Source: Eukaryota sp. TZLM1-RC (taxonomy: Eukaryota; Protista; Metamonada: BaSk clade). Taken from it: a stretch of DNA of 64,000 nucleotides. The translations under genes were made by a program, and so were the position numbers. The DNA is taken from contig JAUPSS010000005.1 in assembly GCA_040285825.1 (NCBI GenBank), positions 372,001 through 436,000 on the forward strand. Direction: 5' to 3'. Shown here in pieces: positions 57,748-64,000 of this stretch. The notes beneath the pieces are model-generated. The model saw nothing but the letters and a program-made list of their open reading frames with translations, did no database searches and was not told the origin of the DNA. Numbering within the stretch: position 1 is the first letter of the stretch; every line of letters begins with the position of its first letter.

Positions 57748-58497
57748 TTCAAATGTGCAGAAAATAAACAACATTGTGCTTTTGTCTTTTCTTATCTATA
57801 TTTATCCACATTGTTCACAAATTAAGAGAATAAGCTCATCAAGAAACGTCATCAAGTTTCAATCAGTAATGATTGTTGGTGTTTACCCTAATCATGACCC
57901 AAAGCACTCGTAAGTGTGAGATTAGATTGTTGGAACTCAGCTAATTTAACAATACAGGAATTGAACTTAATATTTGATTGAAAACTCAGTGACTTCAATT
58001 TAATTATTGTTATAATTTTTGTTTTCACTTATTTTGGAAAGTATTGGATTTAAATTGTTTAATGTTCCATCATCAGCTTGTTGAATAATTTTTTGATTAA
58101 TAATAAAGTTTTTCAAATGTTGTCAATGGAGTTTTGACGCAGTTATCAGAAAGGTGGGACCAAATGATAATACAAATGCTGTGTAAAACGTCTTTTTCTC
58201 TAAACTCAATACATGGGAAAATTTCCTTCAGAAGTTCTAATGATTACTGCTAACACACATAACTGCCAAATTCATTTATTTAAAATATTTGTATTAATTA
58301 CGAAAAACTATTTTCCCAAATATCATTTCAACTGAAAAAGTAAACTCTGCATCAATATACAAAGCTAGGTTGACCTAACCTAGAGTGGATTTACCCTTTT
58401 TGAGGTGGAAATGAAAATGGAAACATATTGTTGGCAGAATTCTCATCGCAACTGTACTGTACTTTTAAATGGATTCCACACTGCCAAATCTAACTCC

Positions 58498-59364
58498 ATG
58501 ATGAAACCAACTCAATTTAAAACGGTTTCTATCCATGTAATCATCATTCCAATCATTACAATATTGTCAATTGTTCTCCATGCCGTTGTTCCAGCTCCAG
58601 TTGATGACATTGAATTTGACTCGCGCTTGGTTGAGATCTTTGGCTTCGCAGTCGTTGCAACTACTTACTTCTTGTTGATTTTCACCCATTGTGCACTAGT
58701 CATCCGTTATTACCATAAACAATCCAAACATTCTACCAAATACATTGGTTTGCGTTTCGGCATTGCATTTGCTTTGGTTTATCAGGTAGGTATGCAGGAG
58801 GTTGTCGTTGAGGCCTCTCCCTTTGAGGCTTGGGGTCTAGAGTTTGTAGTTTTTCAGTTTTTTATGGGTTTTGCAGATGCTTTCCCTGTCCTTCTGTTGT
58901 GTGTTGCGCTCTCTCGATGGACTCTCAGTACTTTGAACACCCCAAAGATTTCGCTTGACGAGCAACAGAAATCAGTTTCGTTAAGCAGAGCCAAACCAAT
59001 CATTATTTTGCTAAGTGGATCTTTCTCTTATGTATTGCAGAGAGCTGTGACACATTCAACTGGTATTGTGTCCAGTGATTTTCAGAGCTATCCACTACAG
59101 ACAGTTGTGTGGACGATTCTTATGGGATTGACCTTCAGTATGTGCTATTTATTGTCCTATAGAGAGGTATCCGTCCTGACTTTGAGGAACCGATTGATAG
59201 CATTTGCACTAAGTTTTGGTGGTAATTGGGTACTATTCAACTCCTTTATTGGACTAGTTTTCAAAGGAACCATGCTACAAATGCTGTTTAGGAGTAGTTT
59301 AGATGTATTGGTCTTTGTGTTGACTATTTTTTTGGTTGAGTCGAATGTCAAACAATTGTCCTAA
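58498..59364 (+). CDS. Multi-pass membrane protein of unknown function
   Basis: Intronless ORF with about 7-8 hydrophobic segments. Start uncertain (ATG 58498 or 58501). Confidence 0.75.
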   Translation: MMKPTQFKTVSIHVIIIPIITILSIVLHAVVPAPVDDIEFDSRLVEIFGFAVVATTYFLLIFTHCALVIRYYHKQSKHSTKYIGLRFGIAFALVYQVGMQEVVVEASPFEAWGLEFVVFQFFMGFADAFPVLLLCVALSRWTLSTLNTPKISLDEQQKSVSLSRAKPIIILLSGSFSYVLQRAVTHSTGIVSSDFQSYPLQTVVWTILMGLTFSMCYLLSYREVSVLTLRNRLIAFALSFGGNWVLFNSFIGLVFKGTMLQMLFRSSLDVLVFVLTIFLVESNVKQLS

Positions 59365-59517
59365 TTTTATTATGTTTAATGAACACTGTAATAAAAAGAA
59401 AACGATAATACCTCTTGCTCAAAGAACTGATCAAAGACCTGGTTCGTTGACGCACAAAGAATCAATCTTTCAATCTTTTGGACCCAAAATTGAATTATAT
59501 ACCATCTTTGGGCCCAA

Positions 59518-59853
59518 CTAAGTTCGTGGTTTCTTCAATGGTTGTTCCATCCTTGGTGGTAGTAAGCGCTTCTCTGTTTGCGTCCATGTATCTACTTTCA
59601 TTCTGATACTATTGGTCTTTTTCAGAGATTCTGCTTGTTTCTTCAGAATTTCCAACTTTGCACACACGTTCTGCTTAAGTTCAAGCAACTGAACTGTGAA
59701 TGATGTTTCTATATCGTGAATTGAATGGATTAAGTCCAACGCATTGAAAGTCGCTATATCATGATCATGATCTTTATGAGGCAGATGGCACAATGGTGTT
59801 CCATATGTTCTGTGTTTAGCCACTGGCCTCTGTGGAGGGTCTTTCTCCGACAT
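59518..59853 (-). CDS. Hypothetical small protein with coiled-coil-like C-terminal half
   Basis: 111-aa ATG-initiated ORF with host-like composition, convergent with the membrane-protein gene. Confidence 0.5.
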   Translation of the reverse strand: MSEKDPPQRPVAKHRTYGTPLCHLPHKDHDHDIATFNALDLIHSIHDIETSFTVQLLELKQNVCAKLEILKKQAESLKKTNSIRMKVDTWTQTEKRLLPPRMEQPLKKPRT

Positions 59854-60262
59854 TGCAAAGAAATTGTGGGAGCATAGGGATATCTCACAAAGTTAGCAGT
59901 GGTATAGTAGACTTTCTGCTCAATTTAACAGGAACTAGCTCTTTAGGATTCGGTTTTCATGTGTCAATGCTCGTCTAGATTTGAAACTGAATTGTCTGTA
60001 AGGTCAACAAATTCGATGTTAACACCATAACGAAATCTAAGTAATCGTTTGGAAAAGCAAATCATGGTCAATAGGTCTAACAGTTCATTGTTTGCTTCTT
60101 TTTTGTTGTAGTTATTCAATATACCTGCTGATTTTTCTGTTGAGAGTGCATTAGATAAAAAGAAATCAATAAATATATTGTTTCCATTCATCAATATTAT
60201 TAAATATTATATATAAATATTTAAAACTTTCATAATCATACCTTTAAAAAATCGGACTCACA

Positions 60263-60574
60263 TCATTCTAAATACTCAACTTTGGCTTCAGCTTTCTCCA
60301 GTTTTTTACTGGCCATTTGCAAACCTTGTTCCTCCTTCGTTCTGGCGTCAAACTCGTGTCTATAGTAAGCTTACATCAACACTTACCGTTCAGCTGCTGC
60401 TATGCCATTTAGTCGTTCCACTGTTGATTTCTTCTCTACTTTCAGAATTTCTGCTTCTGATTTGTGCATGTGTTTCGCAACCCTTTTTCTTTGCTTTTGC
60501 TGGCTCTTCATTTCACTCTTCTGGGGCATCATTTTGGGAACATGTACTGACAAGCTGGGTTTGTGAGGTGTCAT
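60263..60574 (-). CDS. Small charged helical protein, paralog 1 (94 aa); join(60387..60574,60263..60359), 27-nt intron
   Basis: Intron GTAAGT...CTTACTATAG. The spliced product continues ER|HEFDARTKEEQGLQMASKKLEKAEAKVEYLE* and is colinear with paralog 2. Confidence 0.85.
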
Positions 60575-60720
60575 GAGGTGGAGATCATTTTCTTTAGTTA
60601 GTAGGAATTTCAGCTCTCTAAAATTTCCACCTTTTAGGATATCTGAAAATTACATTCAGCATTTTCAAAAACCAAAAACAAAGACTACACAAATTCACCA
60701 AACACACAATAATGTTTTAG

Positions 60721-60744
60721 TTAGGGTTAGGGTTGGGGTTAGGG
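60721..60744 (+). repeat. Interstitial telomere-like repeat (TTAGGG)2 TTGGGG TTAGGG
   Basis: Read directly at 60721-60744. Confidence 0.75.
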
Positions 60745-61388
60745 ACAGTCGAGAGAATCACCCTTAGGAACAATATCCTTGCCCTCCATTCATCAAAATG
60801 CTATCAGTATGTTCATAAGTATTTGAGGGAAGTTTTTTAGGGATTAGAGGAGATTTGAAGTAATTATAGTAATGACCATCAAATGTAAATTGCTTGTTTG
60901 GGGTGTTTCAAGTGCTCTTGTGAAGAGTAATTTAAGTTTGTATTTCATAGTGATATGAATAATGAATTTAAGCAATTTGAGCAATTCCTGTTGGTTATTG
61001 AAACAATTTTCAATGAATGTCATCAATCATAGTTGAAGATTACTCAAATGAATGTCATCCCACCTTTTAGTTTTATTTAGTTTTTTGATTTTTGTTTTAG
61101 TTTTTTATGAAATAGCTGTGTGAACAGCATGTTCAATTTGATCTTAGCCATTACAAATTAGCCGAACCAGAAGCGATATACAAAAGTTGCTATTTTTGAA
61201 GGCGTCCAATGATAAATCTTAGATGATACTTTATTTTTTGTGCATATTCACAAATACATTTTCCATAAAAAACTTCATCAGAAGAGATCTCTCCGAACAG
61301 AAGCTGCAGGTTTCCCAATGCTGATTTTATGAATTTTTGAATCAAATTGAGTTTATTTTCTCAACTGTTAATTGAATTTGCAATTCCA

Positions 61389-61719
61389 CTATGGCAAATG
61401 GGAAGCCTCATCTTCAGCTTTTGTCAGTTTCTTGTTGGCCTTTTTGAGTCCCTTCTCCTCCTGTTTCTCAGCCTTCAATTCATGCCTGCGGTTAGTTTGG
61501 TCATAAATCACACCGTTCAGCTGACGAAATTCCATCAAGTCTTTCTTCAGTGGCTTTTTTTCTGGAATGCATCAGGTTCTCTTCAGCTTCGTGGATATGT
61601 TTTACAGCCTTCTTTCTTTCCTTTTGTTCACTCTTTAATTCACCCTTTTCAGACCTCAACTTAGGCATATGGGGCATTTTAAAATGGGGTTTTGGAAGAG
61701 GCATCTGGAAGTGTGTCAT
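61389..61719 (-). CDS. Small charged helical protein, paralog 2 (100 aa); join(61514..61719,61389..61485), 28-nt intron
   Basis: Intron GTGTGA...CTAACCGCAG at the same codon position as in paralog 1. The product continues ER|HELKAEKQEEKGLKKANKKLTKAEDEASHLP*. Confidence 0.85.
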
Positions 61720-61924
61720 TTGAAAACAATTTGCTTTTCAACAACGTTCGCAGATATCTGAAAACAAACCCTGACCACCTTATATTTATTCAACAACGAA
61801 TATGAAACTATAAAATACACAATTAAAACTCCACATCCTCAAAATTTGCCTCCCCTACATCAAAACTTTTAATTACTAAAGATTCTCAAAATTTCCCAAA
61901 ACAAGACAGTGAATCAGAAATCAG

Positions 61925-62010
61925 TTTTACCATTCCCTTAAAAATAGAAAATACAATCCTGTTTTGCCAGTAAACACGATTGAAAATTCTTCCAGTTCTT
62001 TCCTTTACAA
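61925..62010 (-). mobile_element. Tiny CRE-like family C-related fragment
   Basis: cccttaaaaatagaaaatacaatcctgttttgccagtaaacacgattgaaaattcttccagttc matches 19325-19400 and the reverse complement of 63620-63690. Confidence 0.7.
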
Positions 62011-62141
62011 CAACAACAAAAACAACAAAAACCCTGACCACTGAAATTGAAATTGTTAACCGAAATTATCTTTGTTACAGTTTCGGAAATCCTGAATCTC
62101 TTTTTTAACCAAAATTAGCATGTTTTTCGACATGTGAACAC

Positions 62142-62620
62142 TAAAGATGTGCATCGTCCGGACTAATCGGACTACGAACTAGTCCGTTCAAACGAATCAC
62201 GGACTAGACTACTCTGAAACTAAACGGACGAACTACGGACTAGACCAGCCAATCAACGGATGAGAAACGGGCGCACTACGGACTAGTTCATAGTTCATTT
62301 GAGCAGACTAAAGACCAGATTTTAGTTCGATTGAACGCACTACGGACTACCTCATGAAACAACTCAGTTGACAATAAACTTTATTAACCAAATGGAGAAA
62401 TATGATGAAAGATGAACTGTGTATTGAATGTATATAATATGTTAGTAGGCTTTACAATCAACATCAACCCTCCGTTCTTTGATAGGAAACTCTGAAAGGT
62501 AGTTTAGTTGTTTGCCCATCTCTACTGAACACTACCCTATGGTCATTATCAGATAGTTCGAACAACCATTATTTGGAAACATTTAAAATCTGAACAACAA
62601 TTGAAAAAACACCTAAATAT
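62142..62620 (+). mobile_element. Probable left end of a decayed hAT-like DNA transposon
   Basis: Starts TAAAGATGTGCATCG (a hAT-type terminus), followed by six CGGACTA copies and one inverted copy within ~200 bp. Downstream 'RTTIIWKHLKSEQ' resembles a decayed BED finger. No matching right end seen. Confidence 0.45.
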
Positions 62621-62999
62621 CTTTGAAACACCGAGGAAGGAACTTTTTAATCCTGAGGATCTGATCGCAGAGGCTCTGTAGAACAATTTTGATTTACAAT
62701 TGGAATTCCACCTTTTTCCTCCTGAGATTCACTACAATTGAAGAATTACTTTTATAGGAATTTTGATGAACAAAAATGAATTTCAGGAATTTGGATAACT
62801 TCTTGAAAATTTTTTTAAATATTGTATTTTATTGGACTTCAACACTTAATAAAATCAAATTAGAATTAACGCGACTAAATTCAATGAACCACGATTTCAT
62901 CTACAACATCCGCATCTGCTTGTCTTCTCGCCATTGTTTCTCTTATTCAATGAAAGAACCGTGGTAATCCATAAATAGTAAACTGAATTGGAGAGCATC

Positions 63000-63850
63000 A
63001 TTATGAATCACCTAAATCAGAATTTAATAACATAATATTTATGGACTTCTTTTAAAAAACATTGAGTGGATTTTAATGATGCGTTTTCGTTGTTTTCTAT
63101 GACCATACAATTTGCCTAATCATTCAACATGTAAATGTGGTAAACCTCTTTTGTTTACTCAACTTCTGAACTGTAAACATTTTATTACATGTAAAAGTAA
63201 AGTAAATAACAATGGCAGGGACCAAATTTATGTCATGTGCAAATTATATCGAGTAGGTTCTTTTTTAGAGCCTTTGTAATTAAAATCAATTCTTGATGAT
63301 TCCAATAGTACGCGCTACAATAAAGCTTCTATCGGTCTGACAAAGTTGATTTGGTTGTTCCCGGCTTAATGGTAGTTTTACCATTGTAGACGCCATTTCC
63401 GTTGACCCTTGTAATTTTTCTAATGAACATTTAATTAATTTAGTTGTCAATACTCCTCTTCTTACTGGGGAAAAATACAAATTTGCTGAATACGCGAAAC
63501 CTATTTCTTCTGTCAAAGAAAATTCTTATGCCCAATATAACTTATGTCCTTTTGTTTTTTCTTACATTGATCTTCAGGTTAGGGTTCCTTGACTTTCCTT
63601 GAGGATTTCAATGTAAATGTAAAGGAACGGACTGGAAGAATTTTCAATCGTGTTTACTGGTAAATCAGGATTGTATTTTCTACTTATAACGGATTGGTGA
63701 AATTTATTTCTCATTCACCTTCTTCTTTAGAGAAATTTTCTGAATCTTTAGTAATTAACTGGTTCGATGTGGGAGAGGCAGGTTTTGAGGGTGTGGAGCT
63801 TTAGTTGTGTATTTGATGATTATTTATTCATTATTTGATAAATGAAATAA
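63000..63850 (+). mobile_element. Degenerate 3' part of CRE-like element (family C-related)
   Basis: WILMMRFRCFL, CKCGK..LLNCKHFI, DQIYVMCK, FLEPL, VVPGLNGSFTIVD..SVDPC, YNLCPFVFS, FNRVYW.NRIVFS, with stops. Confidence 0.85.
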
Positions 63851-64000
63851 GATTGTTTTACTATTTAGAAAATGCCTTGTTTTTGTTCTCTTTTCATGAG
63901 GACCCACAAAACTTGCATGTTTTTTGATCAACGTCTTGTCAAGGGTTTATAGATGTGTCAATGGTCTGTCCCCTTGGTCGTCACAATACGGACCACTCTT

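Noticed and set aside
59964-60194. 76-aa ORF as a gene or as an upstream exon of 59518-59853
   Set aside because: AT-rich, no recognisable motif, and no consensus intron links it to the downstream ORF.

Overview
This is eukaryotic (protist-like) nuclear DNA read with the standard genetic code. It is AT-rich and gene-dense, and almost every intergenic gap holds transposable-element (TE) debris. Host genes: UTP20, PAC2/PSMG2, NOC1/CEBPZ, meiotic HOP1/ASY1, MsrA, condensin II kleisin CAP-H2, an AAAP amino-acid transporter, coatomer gamma, NBS1, an ornithine decarboxylase antizyme needing a +1 frameshift, FAM91A1, a bacterial-looking membrane protein and two tandem paralogous small charged proteins. 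Introns are tiny (27-33 nt) and end in a fused branch-point/3' splice-site motif, CTNAYNNYAG. Mobile DNA: at least four families of CRE/SLACS-like non-LTR retrotransposons (one full length with a 12-bp TSD), two recent chromodomain-bearing Ty3/gypsy elements with identical, very short LTRs (79 and 133 bp), a MITE, a hAT-like end, a decayed Fanzor/TnpB-like gene and a decayed family-B DNA polymerase fragment. The most intriguing points are: (1) both LTR families have a perfect 12-bp palindrome (CA-N8-TG) where a tRNA primer-binding site should be; (2) the antizyme shift region has two tandem stops (UAG, then UAA) in alternative hairpins; (3) TGACGTCA/CACGTG motifs recur inside host coding sequences in all three reading frames. 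All family assignments come from motif recognition by eye; no searches were run.
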